Shown here: positions 14,401 through 28,900 of the stretch, piece after piece
How the letters are laid out: each line of letters opens with the position of its first letter
How positions within the stretch are numbered: position 1 is the first letter of the stretch
Source: the human T2T-CHM13v2.0 reference genome, Homo sapiens
Direction: 5' to 3' (one strand)
Assembly: GCF_009914755.1 (NCBI RefSeq)
Contig: NC_060934.1
DNA: 64,000 nucleotides
The notes under the pieces: generated by a model
What the model saw: only the letters and a program-made list of their open reading frames with translations
Database searches by the model: none
Told to the model about the DNA's origin: nothing
Made by a program: the position numbers and the translations under genes

Positions 14401-17400
14401 ACCATCCTTTATCCTGAGCAGTTTTGAAACACTCTTCTTGTGGAATTTGCAAGTGGAGAATTCAAGCGATTTGAGGCCAATCTTAGAGATGGAAATATCT
14501 TCGTAGTAAAACTACACAGAGTCATTCGCAGAAACTAGTTTCTGATGTGTGCCTTCAACTCACAGAGTTTAATCTTTCTTTTAATAGAGCAGTTTGGAAA
14601 CACTCCATTTGGAAAGTCTGCAAGTGGTTATTTGGACCTCTCTGAGGCCTTCGTTGGAAACGGGATTTCTTCATATAACGCTAGACAGAAGAATTCTCAC
14701 TAACTTCTTTGTGTTGTGTGTATTCAACTCACAGGGTTGAACCTTTCTTTACAGAGAGCAGATTTGAAACATTCTTTCCGTGGAATTTGCTAGTGCAGAT
14801 TTCAAACGCTTCGAGGACAATGGTAGAAAAGGATATATCTTCGTATAAAAACTACACAGAATCATTCTCAAGAACTACTTTGTGATGTGTGCGTTCAACT
14901 CACAGATTTTAACCTTTATTTTAATCGAGCAGTTTGGAAACACTCTGTTTGTAAAGTCTGCAAGTGCATATTTGGACTTCTTTGAGGCCTTCGTTGGAAA
15001 CGGGATTTCTTCATATACTGCTAGACAGAAGAATTCTCAGTCACTTCTTTGTGTTGTGTGTATTCAAGTCACAGAGTTGAACCTTCATTTAGACAGAGCA
15101 GTTTTGAAAAACTCTTTCTGTGGAATTTGCAAGTGGAGATTACATGCGATTTAAGGCCAATCTTTGAAATGGAAATATCTCCGCGTAAAAACTAGACAGA
15201 ATCATTCTCAGAAACTACTTTGTGATGTGTGCGTTCAACTCACAGGGTTTAACCTTTCTTTTCATAGAGCAGTTTGGAAACACTCTGGTTGTAAAGTCTG
15301 CAAGTGCATATTTGGACTTCTTTGAGGCCTTCGTTGGAAATGGGATTTCTTCATATAATGCCAGACAGAAGAATTCTCAGTCACCTCTTTGTGTTGTGTG
15401 TATTGATCTCACAGATTTGAACCTTCCTTTAGACAGAGTAGTTTTGAAAAACTATTTCTGTGGAATTTGCAAGTGGAGATTTCATGTGATTTGAGGTCAA
15501 TCTTTGAAATGGAAATATCTTCGTGTAAAATTAGACAGAATCATTCTCAGAAACTACTTTGTGATGTGTGCGTTCAGCTCACAGAGTTTCACCTTTCTTT
15601 TCATAGATCAGTTTGGAAAGACTCTCTGTGTAATGTCTGCTGCTGAATACTTGGACCCCTTTGAGGTCTTCGTTGGAAGCGGAATTTTTTCATATACTGC
15701 TGGACAGAAAAATTCTCAGTGAAACTTTGTGCTGTGTGTATTCAACACACAGAGTTGAACGTTCCTTTATCCAGAGCAGTTTTGAAACACTCTTTCTGTG
15801 GAATTTGCAAGTGGAAATTTCAAGCGATTTGACGCCAATCTTAGTCATGGAAATATCTTCGTAGTAAAACTACACAGAGTCATTCGCAGAAACTAGGTTC
15901 TGATGTGTGCCTTCAACTCACAGAATTTAACCTTTCTTTTAATAGAGCAGTTTGGAAACACTCTATTTGTAAAGTCTGCAAGTGGATATTTGGACCTCTC
16001 TGAGGCCTTCGTTGGAAACGGGATTTCTTCATATAACGCTAGACAGAAGAATTCTCAGTAACTTCTTTGTGTTGTGTGTATTCAACTCACAGGGTTGAAC
16101 CTTTCTTTACAGAGAGCAGATTTGAAACATTCTTTCCGTGGAATTTGCTAGTGCAGATTCCAAACGCTTCGAGGACAATGGTAGAAAAGGATATATCTTC
16201 GTATTAGAACGAGAGAAAATCATTCTCAGAAAACACTTTGTAATGTGTGCGTTCAACTCACAGAGTTTAACCTTTCTTTTAATCGAGCAGTTTGGAAACA
16301 CTCTCTTTGTAATGTCTGCAAGTGGTTAATTGGCCCTCTTTGAGCCCTTCTTTGGAAACGAGATTTCCTCATATAATGCTAGACAGAAGAATTCTCAGTA
16401 ACTTCTTTGTGTTGTTTGTATTCAACTCACGGATTTGAACCTTCCTTTAGAGAGAGCAGATTTGAAACACTCTTTTTTTGGAATTTGCAAGTGCAGACTT
16501 CAAGCACTTCTGGGCCTATGGCAGAAAAGGAAATATCTTCGTATAAAAACTACACAGAATCATTCTCAAGAACCACTTTGTGATGTGTGCGTTCAACTCA
16601 CAGATTTTAACCTTTCTTTTAATCGAGCAGTTTGGAATCACTCTGTTTGTAAAGTCTGCAAGTGCATATTTGGACTTCTTTGAGGCCTTCGTTGGAAACG
16701 GGATTTCTTCATATATTGCTAGACAGAAGAATTCTCAGTCACCTCTTTGTGTTGTGTGTATTGATCTCACAGATTTGAACCTTCCTTTAGACAGAGTAGT
16801 TTTGAAAAACTCTTTCTGTGGAATTCGCAAGTGGAGATTTCATGTGATTTGAGGCCAATCTTTGAAATGGAAATATCTTCGTGTAAAATTAGACAGAATC
16901 ATTCTCAGAAACTACTTTGTGATGTGTGCGTTCAGCTCACAGAGTTTCACCTTTCTTTTCATAGATCAGTTTGGAAAGACTCTCTCTGTAATGTCTGCTA
17001 CTGAATACTTGGACCCCTTTGAGGTCTTCGTTGGAAGCGGAATTTTTTCATATACTGCTGGACAGAATAATTCTCAGTAAATCTTTGTGCTGTGTATTCA
17101 ACACACAGAGTTGAACGTTCCTTTATCCAGAGCAGTTTTGAAACACTCTTTCTGTGGAATTTGCAAGTGGAGATTTCAAGCGATTTGACGCCAATCTTAG
17201 TCATGGAAATATCTTCGTAGTAAAACTACACAGAGTCATTCGCAGAAACTAGGTTCTGATGTGTGCCTTCAACTCACAGAATTTAACCTTTCTTTTAATA
17301 GAGCAGTTTGGAAACACTCTATTTGTAAAGTCTGCAAGTGGATATTTGGACCTCTCTGAGGCCTTCGTTGGAAACGGGATTTCTTCATATAACGCTAGAC

Positions 17401-19947
17401 AGAAGAATTCTCAGTAACTTCTTTGTGTTGTGTGTATTCAACTCACAGGGTTGAACCTTTCTTTACAGAGAGCAGATTTGAAACATTCTTTCCGTGGAAT
17501 TTGCTAGTGCAGATTTCAAACGCTTCGAGGACAATGGTAGAAAAGGATATATCTTCGTATAAAAACTACACAGAATCATTCTCAAGAACTACTTTGTGAT
17601 GTGTGCGTTCAACTCACAGATTTTAACCTTTCTTTTAATCGAGCAGTTTGGAAACACTCTGTTTGTAAAGTCTGCAAATGCATATTTGGACTTCTTTGAG
17701 GCCTTCGTTGGAAACGGGATTTCTTCATATAATGCCAGACAGAAGAATTCTCAGTCACCTCTTTGTGTTGTGTGTATTCATCTCACAAATTTGAACCTTC
17801 CTTTAGACAGAGCAGTTTTGAAAAACTCTTTCTGTGGAATTTGCAAGTGGAGATTTCAAGTGATTTGAGGCCAATCTTTGAAATGGAAATATCTTCGTGT
17901 AAAATTAGACAGAATCATTGTCAGAAACTACTTTGTGATGTGTGCGTTCAGCTCACAGAGTTTCACCTTTCTTTTCATAGAGCAGTTTGCAAAGACTCTG
18001 TTTGTAATGTCTGCTAGTGAATACTTGGACCCCTTTGAGGCCTTCGTTGGAAGCGGAATTTTTTCATATACTGCTAGACAGAAGAATACTCAGGAAATCT
18101 TTGTGCTGTGTGTATTCAACACACAGAGTTGAACCATCCTTTATCCTGAGCAGTTTTGAAACACTCTTCTTGTGGAATTTGCAAGTGGAGAATTCAAGCG
18201 ATTTGAGGCCAATCTTAGAGATGGAAATATCTTCGTAGTAAAACTACACAGAGTCATTCGCAGAAACTAGTTTCTGATGTGTGCCTTCAACTCACAGAGT
18301 TTAATCTTTCTTTTAATAGAGCAGTTTGGAAACACTCCATTTGGAAAGTCTGCAAGTGGTTATTTGGACCTCTCTGAGGCCTTCGTTGGAAACGGGATTT
18401 CTTCATATAACGCTAGACAGAAGAATTCTCTCTAACTTCTTTGTGTTGTGTGTATTCAACTCACAGGGTTGAACCTTTCTTTACAGAGAGCAGATTTGAA
18501 ACATTCTTTCCGTGGAATTTGCTAGTGCAGATTTCAAACGCTTCGAGGACAATGGTAGAAAAGGATATATCTTCGTATAAAAACTACACAGAATCATTCT
18601 CAAGAACTACTTTGTGATGTGTGCGTTCAACTCACAGATTTTAACCTTTCTTTTAATCGAGCAGTTTGGAAACACTCTGTTTGTAAAGTCTGCAAATGCA
18701 TATTTGGACTTCTTTGAGGCCTTCGTTGGAAACGGGATTTCTTCATATACTGCTAGACAGAAGAATTCTCAGTCACTTCTTTGTGTTGTGTATATTCAAG
18801 TCACAGAGTTGAACCTTCATTTAGACAGAGCAGTTTTGAAAAACTCTTTCTGTGGAATTTGCAAGTGGAGATTACATGCGATTTAAGGCCAATCTTTGAA
18901 ATGGAAATATCTCCGTGTAAAAACTAGACAGAATCATTCTCAGAAACTACTTTGTGATGTGTGCGTTCAACTCACAGGGTTTAACCTTTCTTTTCATAGA
19001 GCAGTTTGAAAACACTCTGGTTGTAAAGTCTGCAAGTGCATATTTGGACTTCTTTGAGGCCTTCGTTGGAAATGGGATTTCTTCATATAATGCCAGACAG
19101 AAGAATTCTCAGTCACTTTTGTGTTGGGTGTATTCATCTCACAAATTTGAACCTTCCTTTAGACAGAGCAGTTTTGAAAAACTCTTTCTGTGGAATTTGC
19201 AAGTGGAGATTTCAAGTGATTTGAGGCCAATCTTTGAAATGGAAATATCTTCGTGTAAAATTAGACAGAATCATTGTCAGAAACTACTTTGTGATGTGTG
19301 CGTTCAGCTCACAGAGTTTCACCTTTCTTTTCATAGAGCAGTTTGCAAAGACTCTGTTTGTAATGTCTGCTAGTGAATACTTGTACCCCTTTGAGGCCTT
19401 CGTTGGAAGCGGAATTTTTTCATATACTGCTAGACAGAAGAATACTCAGTAAACCTTTGTGCTGTGTGTATTCAACACACAGAGTTGAACCATCCTTTAT
19501 CCTGAGCAGTTTTGAAACACTCTTCGTGTGGAATTTGCAAGTGGAGAATTCAAGCGATTTGAGGCCAATCTTAGAGATGGAAATATCTTCGTAGTAAAAC
19601 TACACAGAGTCATTCGCAGAAACTAGTTTCTGATGTGTGCCTTCAACTCACAGAGTTTAATCTTTCTTTTAATAGAGCAGTTTGGAAACACTCCATTTGG
19701 AAAGTCTGCAAGTGGTTATTTGGACCTCTCTGAGGCCTTCGTTGGAAACGGGATTTCTTCATATAACGCTAGACAGAAGAATTCTCACTAACTTCTTTGT
19801 GTTGTGTGTATTCAACTCACAGGGTTGAACCTTTCTTTACAGAGAGCAGATTTGAAACATTCTTTCCGTGGCATTTGCTAGTGCAGATTTCAAACGCTTC
19901 GAGGACAATGGTAGAAAAGGATATATCTTCGTATAAAAACTACACAG
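11466..19947 (+). repeat. Left array, irregular domain of 6-, 8- and 10-mer units
   Basis: Starts of the a-type ORF: 11488, 12506, 13864, 14882, 16580, 17596, 18614, 19970. Spacings: 1018, 1358, 1018, 1698, 1016, 1018, 1356. Confidence 0.9.
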
Positions 19948-22900
19948 AATCATTCTCAAGAACTACTTTGTGATGTGTGCGTTCAACTCACAGATTTTAA
20001 CCTTTCTTTTAATCGAGCAGTTTGGAAACACTCTGTTTGTAAAGTCTGCAAGTGCATATTTGGACTTCTTTGAGGCCTTCGTTGGAAACGGGATTTCTTC
20101 ATATACTGCTAGACAGAAGAATTCTCAGTCACTTCTTTGTGTTGTGTGTATTCAAGTCACAGAGTTGAACCTTCATTTAGACAGAGCAGTTTTGAAAAAC
20201 TCTTTCTGTGGAATTTGCAAGTGGAGATTACATGCGATTTAAGGCCAATCTTTGAAATGGAAATATCTCCGCGTAAAAACTAGACAGAATCATTCTCTGA
20301 AACTACTTTGTGATGTGTGCGTTCAACTCACAGGGTTTAACCTTTCTTTTCATAGAGCAGTTTGGAAACACTCTGGTTGTAAAGTCTGCAAGTGCATATT
20401 AGGACTTCTTTGAGGCCTTCGTTGGAAATGGGATTTCTTCATATAATGCCAGACAGAAGAATTCTCAGTCACCTCTTTGTGTTGTGTGTATTGATCTCAC
20501 AGATTTGAACCTTCCTTTAGACAGAGTAGTTTTCAAAAACTATTTCTGTGGAATTTGCAAGTGGAGATTTCATGTGATTTGAGGTCAATCTTTGAAATGG
20601 AAATATCTTCGTGTAAAATTAGACAGAATCATTCTCAGAAACTACTTTGTGATGTGTGCGTTCAGCTCACAGAGTTTCACCTTTCTTTTCATAGATCAGT
20701 TTGGAAAGACTCTCTGTGTAATGTCTGCTACTGAATACTTGGACCCCTTTGAGGTCTTCGTTGGAAGCGGAATTTTTTCATATACTGCTGGACAGAAAAA
20801 TTCTCAGTGAAACTTTGTGCTGTGTGTATTCAACACACAGAGTTGAACGTTCCTTTATCCAGAGCAGTTTTGAAACACTCTTTCTGTGGAATTTGCAAGT
20901 GGAGATTTCAAGCGATTTGACGCCAATCTTAGTCATGGAAATATCTTCGTAGTAAAACTACACAGAGTCATTCGCAGAAACTAGGTTCTGATGTGTGCCT
21001 TCAACTCACAGAATTTAACCTTTCTTTTAATAGAGCAGTTTGGAAACACTCTATTTGTAAAGTCTGCAAGTGGATATTTGGACCTCTCTGAGGCCTTCGT
21101 TGGAAACGGGATTTCTTCATATAACGCTAGACAGAAGAATTCTCAGTAACTTCTTTGTGTTGTGTGTATTCAACTCACAGGGTTGAACCTTTCTTTACAG
21201 AGAGCAGATTTGAAACATTCTTTCCGTGGAATTTGCTAGTGCAGATTTCAAACGCTTCGAGGACAATGGTAGAAAAGGATATATCTTCGTATTAGAACGA
21301 GAGAAAATCATTCTCAGAAAACACTTTGTAATGTGTGCGTTCAACTCACAGAGTTTAACCTTTCTTTTAATCGAGCAGTTTGGAAACACTCTCTTTGTAA
21401 TGTCTACAAGTGGTTAATTGGCCCTCTTTGAGCCCTTCTTTGGAAACGAGATTTCCTCATATAATGCTAGACAGAAGAATTCTCATTAACTTCTTTGTGT
21501 TGTTTGTATTCAACTCACGGATTTGAACCTTCCTTTAGAGAGAGCAGATTTGAAACACTCTTTTTTTGGAATTTGCAAGTGCAGACTTCAAGCGCTTCTG
21601 GGCCTATGGCAGAAAAGGAAATATCTTCGTATAAAAACTACACAGAATCATTCTCAAGAACCACTTTGTGATGTGTGCGTTCAACTCACAGATTTTAACC
21701 TTTCTTTTAATCCAGCGGTTTGGAATCACTCTGTTTGTAAAGTCTGCAAGTGCATATTTGGACTTCTTTGAGGCCTTCGTTGGAAACGGGATTTCTTCAT
21801 ATAATGCTAGACAGAAGAATTATCAGTCACCTCTTTGTGTTGTGTGTATTCATCTCACAGATTTGAACCTTCCTTTAGACAGAGCAGTTTTGAAAAACTC
21901 TTTCTGTGGAATTTGCAAGTGGAGATTTCAAGTGATTTGAGGCCAATCTTTGAAATGGAAATATCTTCGTGTAAAATTAGACAGAATCATTGTCAGAAAC
22001 TACTTTGTGATGTGTGCGTTCAGCTCACAGAGTTTCACCTTTCTTTTCATAGAGCAGTTTGGAAAGACTCTGTTTGTAATGTCTGCTAGTGAATACTTGG
22101 ACCCCTTTGAGGCCTTCGTTGGAAGCGGAATTTTTTCATATACTGCTAGACAGAAGAATTCTCAGTAAATCTTTGTGCTGTGTGTATTCAACACACAGAG
22201 TTGAACCATCCTTTATCCTGAGCAGTTTTGAAACACTCTTTGTGTGGAATTTGCAAGTGGAGAATTCAAGCGATTTGAGGCCAATCTTAGACATGGAAAT
22301 ATCTTCGTAGTAAAACTACACAGAGTCATTCGCAGAAACTAGTTTCTGATGTGTGCCTTCAACTCACAGAGTTTAATCTTTCTTTTAATAGAGCAGTTTG
22401 GAAACACTCCATTTGGAAAGTCTGCAAGTGGTTATTTGGACCTCTCTGAGGCCTTCGTTGGAAACGGGATTTCTTCATATAACGCTAGACAGAAGAATTC
22501 TCACTAACTTCTTTGTGTTGTGTGTATTCAACTCACAGGGTTGAACCTTTCTTTACAGAGAGCAGATTTGAAACATTCTTTCTGTGGAATTTGCTAGTGC
22601 AGATTTCAAACGCTTCGAGGACAATGGTAGAAAAGGATATATCTTCGTATAAAAACTACACAGAATCATTCTCAAGAACTACTTTGTGATGTGTGCGTTC
22701 AACTCACAGATTTTAACCTTTCTTTTAATCGAGCAGTTTGGAAACACTCTGTTTGTAAAGTCTGCAAGTGCATATTTGGACTTCTTTGAGGCCTTCGTTG
22801 GAAACGGGATTTCTTCATATACTGCTAGACAGAAGAATTCTCAGTCACTTCTTTGTGTTGTGTGTATTCAAGTCACAGAGTTGAACCTTCATTTAGACAG

Positions 22901-25900
22901 AGCAGTTTTGAAAAACTCTTTCTGTGGAATTTGCAAGTGGAGATTACATGCGATTTAAGGCCAATCTTTGAAATGGAAATATCTCCGCGTAAAAACTAGA
23001 CAGAATCATTCTCAGAAACTACTTTGTGATGTGTGCGTTCAACTCACAGGGTTTAACCTTTCTTTTCATAGAGCAGTTTGGAAACACTCTGGTTGTAAAG
23101 TCTGCAAGTGCATATTAGGACTTCTTTGAGGCCTTCGTTGGAAATGGGATTTCTTCATATAATGCCAGACAGAAGAATTCTCAGTCACCTCTTTGTGTTG
23201 TGTGTATTGATCTCACAGATTTGAACCTTCCTTTAGACAGAGTAGTTTTGAAAAACTATTTCTGTGGAATTTGGAAGTGGAGATTTCATGTGATTTGAGG
23301 TCAATCTTTGAAATGGAAATATCTTCGTGTAAAATTAGACAGAATCATTCTCAGAAACTACTTTGTGATGTGTGCGTTCAGCTCACAGAGTTTCACCTTT
23401 CTTTTCATAGATCAGTTTGGAAAGACTCTCTGTGTAATGTCTGCTACTGAATACTTGGACCCCTTTGAGGTCTTCGTTGGAAGCGGAATTTTTTCATATA
23501 CTGCTGGACAGAAAAATTCTCAGTGAAACTTTGTGCTGTGTGTATTCAACACACAGAGTTGAACGTTCCTTTATCCAGAGCAGTTTTGAAACACTCTTTC
23601 TGTGGAATTTGCAAGTGGAGATTTCAAGCGAATTGACGCCAATCTTAGTCATGGAAATATCTTCGTAGTAAAACTACACAGAGTCATTCGCAGAAACTAG
23701 GTTCTGATGTGTGCCTTCAACTCACAGAATTTAACCTTTCTTTTAATAGAGCAGTTTGGAAACACTCTATTTGTAAAGTCTGCAAGTGGATATTTGGACC
23801 TCTCTGAGGCCTTCGTTGGAAACGGGATTTCTTCATATAACGCTAGACAGAAGAATTCTCAGTAACTTCTTTGTGTTGTGTGTATTCAACTCACAGGGTT
23901 GAACCTTTCTTTACAGAGAGCAGATTTGAAACATTCTTTCCGTGGAATTTGCTAGTGCAGATTTCAAACGCTTCGAGGACAATGGTAGAAAAGGATATAT
24001 CTTCGTATTAGAACGAGAGAAAATCATTCTGAGAAAACACTTTGTAATGTGTGCGTTCAACTCACAGAGTTTAACCTTTCTTTTAATCGAGCAGTTTGGA
24101 AACACTCTCTTTGTAATGTCTACAAGTGGTTAATTGGCCCTCTTTGAGCCCTTCTTTGGAAACGAGATTTCCTCATATAATGCTAGACAGAAGAATTCTC
24201 ATTAACTTCTTTGTGTTGATTGTATTCAACTCACGGATTTGAACCTTCCTTTAGAGAGAGCAGATTTGAAACACTCTTTTTTTGGAATTTGCAAGTGCAG
24301 ACTTCAAGCGCTTCTGGGCCTATGGCAGAAAAGGAAATATCTTCGTATAAAAACTACACAGAATCATTCTCAAGAACCACTTTGTGATGTGTGCGTTCAA
24401 CTCACAGATTTTAACCTTTCTTTTAATCCAGCGGTTTGGAATCACTCTGTTTGTAAAGTCTGCAAGTGCATATTTGGACTTCTTTGAGGCCTTCGTTGGA
24501 AACGGGATTTCTTCATATAATGCTAGACAGAAGAATTATCAGTCACCTCTTTGTGTTGTGTGTATTCATCTCACAGATTTGAACCTTCCTTTAGACAGAG
24601 CAGTTTTGAAAAACTCTTTCTGTGGAATTTGCAAGTGGAGATTTCAAGTGATTTGAGGCCAATCTTTGAAATGGAAATATCTTCGTGTAAAATTAGACAG
24701 AATCATTGTCAGAAACTACTTTGTGATGTGTGCGTTCAGCTCACAGAGTTTCACCTTTCTTTTCATAGAGCAGTTTGGAAAGACTCTGTTTGTAATGTCT
24801 GCTAGTGAATACTTGGACCCCTTTGAGGCCTTCGTTGGAAGCGGAATTTTTTCATATACTGCTAGACAGAAGAATTCTCAGTAAATCTTTGTGCTGTGTG
24901 TATTCAACACACAGAGTTGAACCATCCTTTATCCTGAGCAGTTTTGAAACACTCTTTGTGTGGAATTTGCAAGTGGAGAACTCAAGCGATTTGAGGCCAA
25001 TCTTAGACATGGAAATATCTTCGTAGTAAAACTACACAGAGTCATTCGCAGAAACTAGTTTCTGATGTGTGCCTTCAACTCACAGAGTTTAATCTTTCTT
25101 TTAATAGAGCAGTTTGGAAACACTCCATTTGGAAAGTCTGCAAGTGGTTATTTGGACCTCTCTGAGGCCTTCGTTGGAAACGGAATTTCTTCATATAACG
25201 CTAGACAGAAGAATTCTCACTAACTTCTTTGTGTTGTGTGTATTCAACTCACAGGGTTGAACCTTTCTTTACAGAGAGCAGATTTGAAACATTCTTTCTG
25301 TGGAATTTGCTAGTGCAGATTTCAAACGCTTCGAGGACAATGGTAGAAAAGGATATATCTTCGTATAAAAACTACACAGAATCATTCTCAAGAACTACTT
25401 TGTGATGTGTGCGTTCAACTCACAGATTTTAACCTTTCTTTTAATCGAGCAGTTTGGAAACACTCTGTTTGTAAAGTCTGCAAGTGCATATTTGGACTTC
25501 TTTGAGGCCTTCGTTGGAAACGGGATTTCTTCATATACTGCTAGACAGAAGAATTCTCAGTCACTTCTTTGTGTTGTGTGTATTCAAGTCACAGAGTTGA
25601 ACCTTCATTTAGACAGAGCAGTTTTGAAAAACTCTTTCTGTGGAATTTGCAAGTGGAGATTACATGCGATTTAAGGCCAATCTTTGAAATGGAAATATCT
25701 CCGTGTAAAAACTAGACAGAATCATTCTCAGAAACTACTTTGTGATGTGTGCGTTCAACTCACAGGGTTTAACCTTTCTTTTCATAGAGCAGTTTGGAAA
25801 CACTCTGGTTGTAAAGTCTGCAAGTGCATATTTGGACTTCTTTGAGGCCTTCGTTGGAAATGGGATTTCTTCATATAATGCCAGACAGAAGAATTCTCAG

Positions 25901-28900
25901 TCACCTCTTTGTGTTGTGTGTATTGATCTCACAGATTTGAACCTTCCTTTAGACAGAGTAGTTTTGAAAAACTATTTCTGTGGAATTTGCAAGTGGAGAT
26001 TTCATGTGATTTGAGGCCAATCTTTGAAATGGAAATATCTTCGTGTAAAATTAGACAGAATCATTCTCAGAAACTACTTTGTGATGTGTGCGTTCAGCTC
26101 ACGGAGTTTCACCTTTCTTTTCATAGATCAGTTTGGAAAGACTCTCTGTGTAATGTCTGCTACAGAATACTTGGACCCCTTTGAGGTCTTCGTTGGAAGC
26201 AGTATTTTTTCATATAGTGCTGGACAGAAAAATTCTCAGTAAAACTTTGTGCTGTGTGTATTCAACACACAGAGTTGAACGTTCCTTTATACAGAGCAGT
26301 TTTGAAGCACTCTTTCTGTGGAATTTGCAAGTGGAGATTTCAAGCGATTTGACGCCAATCTTAGTCATGGTAATATCTTCGTAGTAAAACTACACAGAGT
26401 CATTCGCAGAAACTAGTTTCTGATGTGTGCCTTCAACTCACAGAATTTAACCTTTCTTTTAATAGAGCAGTTTGGAAACACTCTATTTGTAAAGTCTGCA
26501 AGTGGATATTTGGACCTCTCTGAGGCCTTCGTTGGAAAGGGGATTTCTTCATATAACACTAGACAGAAGAATTCTCAGTAACTTCTTTGTGTTGTGTGTA
26601 TTCAACTCACAGGGTTGAACCTTTCTTTACAGAGAGCAGATTTGAAACATTCTATCCGTGGAATTTGCTAGTGTAGATTTCAAACGCTTCGAGGACAATG
26701 GTAGAAAAGGATATATCTTCGTATTAGAACGAGAGAAAATCATTCTCAGGAAACACTTTGTAATGTGTGCATTCAACTCACAGAGTTTAACCTTTCTTTT
26801 AATCGAGCAGTTTGGAAACACTCTCTTTGTAATGTCTGCAAGTGGTTAATTGGCCCTCTTTGAGCCCTTCTTTGGAAACGAGATTTCCTCACATAATGCT
26901 AGACAGAAGAATTCTCATTAACTTCTTTGTGTTGTTTGTATTCAACTCACGGATTTGAACCTTCCTTTAGAGAGAGCAGATTTGAAACACTCTTTTTTTG
27001 GAATTTGCAAGTGCAGACTTCAAGCGCTTCTGGGCCTATGGCAGAAAAGGAAATATCTTCGTATAAAAATTACACAGAATCATTCTCAAGAGCCAGTTTG
27101 TGATGTGTGCGTTCAACTCACGGATTTTAACCTTTCTTTTAATCGAGCAGTTTGGAAACACTCTGTTTGTAAAGTCTGCATGTGTATACTTGAACTTCTT
27201 TGAGGCCTTCGTTGGAAACGGGATTTCTTCATATAATGCTAGACAGAAGAATTCTCAGTCACCTCTTTGTGTTATGTGTATTCATCTCAAAGATTTGAAC
27301 CTTCCTTTAGACAGAGCAGTTTTGAAAAACTCTTTCTGTGGAATTTGCAAGTGGAGATTTCAAGTGATTTGAGTCCAATCTTTGAAATGGAAATATCTTC
27401 GTGTAAAATTAGACAGAATCATTGTCAGAAACTACTTTGTGATGTGTGCGTTCAGCTCACAGAGTTTCACCTTTCTTTTCATAGAGCAGTTTGGAAAGAC
27501 TCTGTTTGTAATGTCTGCTAGTGAATACTTGGACCCCTTTGAGGCCTTCGTTGGAAGCGGAATTTTTTCATATACTGCTAGACAGAAGAATTCTCAGTAA
27601 ATCTTTGTGCTGTGTGTATTCAACACACAGAGTTGAACCATCCTTTATCCTGAACAGTTTTGAAACACTCTTTGTGTGGAATTTGCAAGTGGAGAATTCA
27701 AGCGATTTGAGGCCAATCTTAGACATGGAAATATCTTCGTAGTAAAACTACACAGAGTCATTCGCAGAAACTAGTTTCTGATGTGTGCCTTCAACTCACA
27801 GGGTTTAATCTTTCTTTTAATAGAGCAGTTTGGAAACACTCCATTTGGAAAGTCTGCAAGTGGTTATTTGGACCTCTCTGAGGCCTTCGTTGGAAACGGG
27901 ATTTCTTCATATAACGCTAGACAGAAGAATTCTCACTAACTTCTTTGTGTTGTGTGTATTCAACTCACAGGGTTGAACCTTTCTTTACAGAGAGCAGATT
28001 TGAAACATTCTTTCCGTGGAATTTGCTAGTGCAGATTTCAAACGCTTCGAGGACAATGGTAGAAAAGGATATATCTTCGTATAAAAACTACACAGAATCA
28101 TTCTCAAGAACTACTTTGTGATGTGTGCGTTCAACTCACAGATTTTAACCTTTCTTTTAATCGAGCAGTTTGGAAACACTCTGTTTGTAAAGTCTGCAAG
28201 TGCATATTTGGACTTCTTTGAGGCCTTCGTTGGAAACGGGATTTCTTCATATACTGCTAGACAGAAGAATTCTCAGTCACTTCTTTGTGTTGTGTGTATT
28301 CAAGTCACAGAGTTGAACCTTCATTTAGACAGAGCAGTTTTGAAAAACTCTTTCTGTGGAATTTGCAAGTGGAGATTACATGCGATTTAAGGCCAATCTT
28401 TGAAATGGAAATATCTCCGTGTAAAAACTAGACAGAATCATTCTCAGAAACTACTTTGTGATGTGTGCGTTCAACTCACAGGGTTTAACCTTTCTTTTCA
28501 TAGAGCAGTTTGGAAACACTCTGGTTGTAAAGTCTGCAAGTGCATATTTGGACTTCTTTGAGGCCTTCGTTGGAAATGGGATTTCTTCATATAATGCCAG
28601 ACAGAAGAATTCTCAGTCACCTCTTTGTGTTGTGTGTATTGATCTCACAGATTTGAACCTTCCTTTAGACAGAGTAGTTTTGAAAAACTCTTTCTGTGGA
28701 ATTTGCAAGTGGAGATTTCATGTGATTTGAGGCCAATCTTTGAAATGGAAATATCTTCGTGTAAAATTAGACAGAATCATTCTCAGAAACTACTTTGTGA
28801 TGTGTGCGTTCAGCTCACAGAGTTTCACCTTTCTTTTCATAGATCAGTTTGGAAAGACTCTCTGTGTAATGTCTGCTACAGAATACTTGGACCCCTTTGA

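Noticed and set aside
17085-17100. 2-bp TG deletion (gctgtgtattc)
   Set aside because: Ordinary slippage in a short TG run with no structural consequence.
18954-19373. Longest ORF (139 aa)
   Set aside because: It is a fusion of two spurious frames caused by a 2-bp deletion near 19,115.
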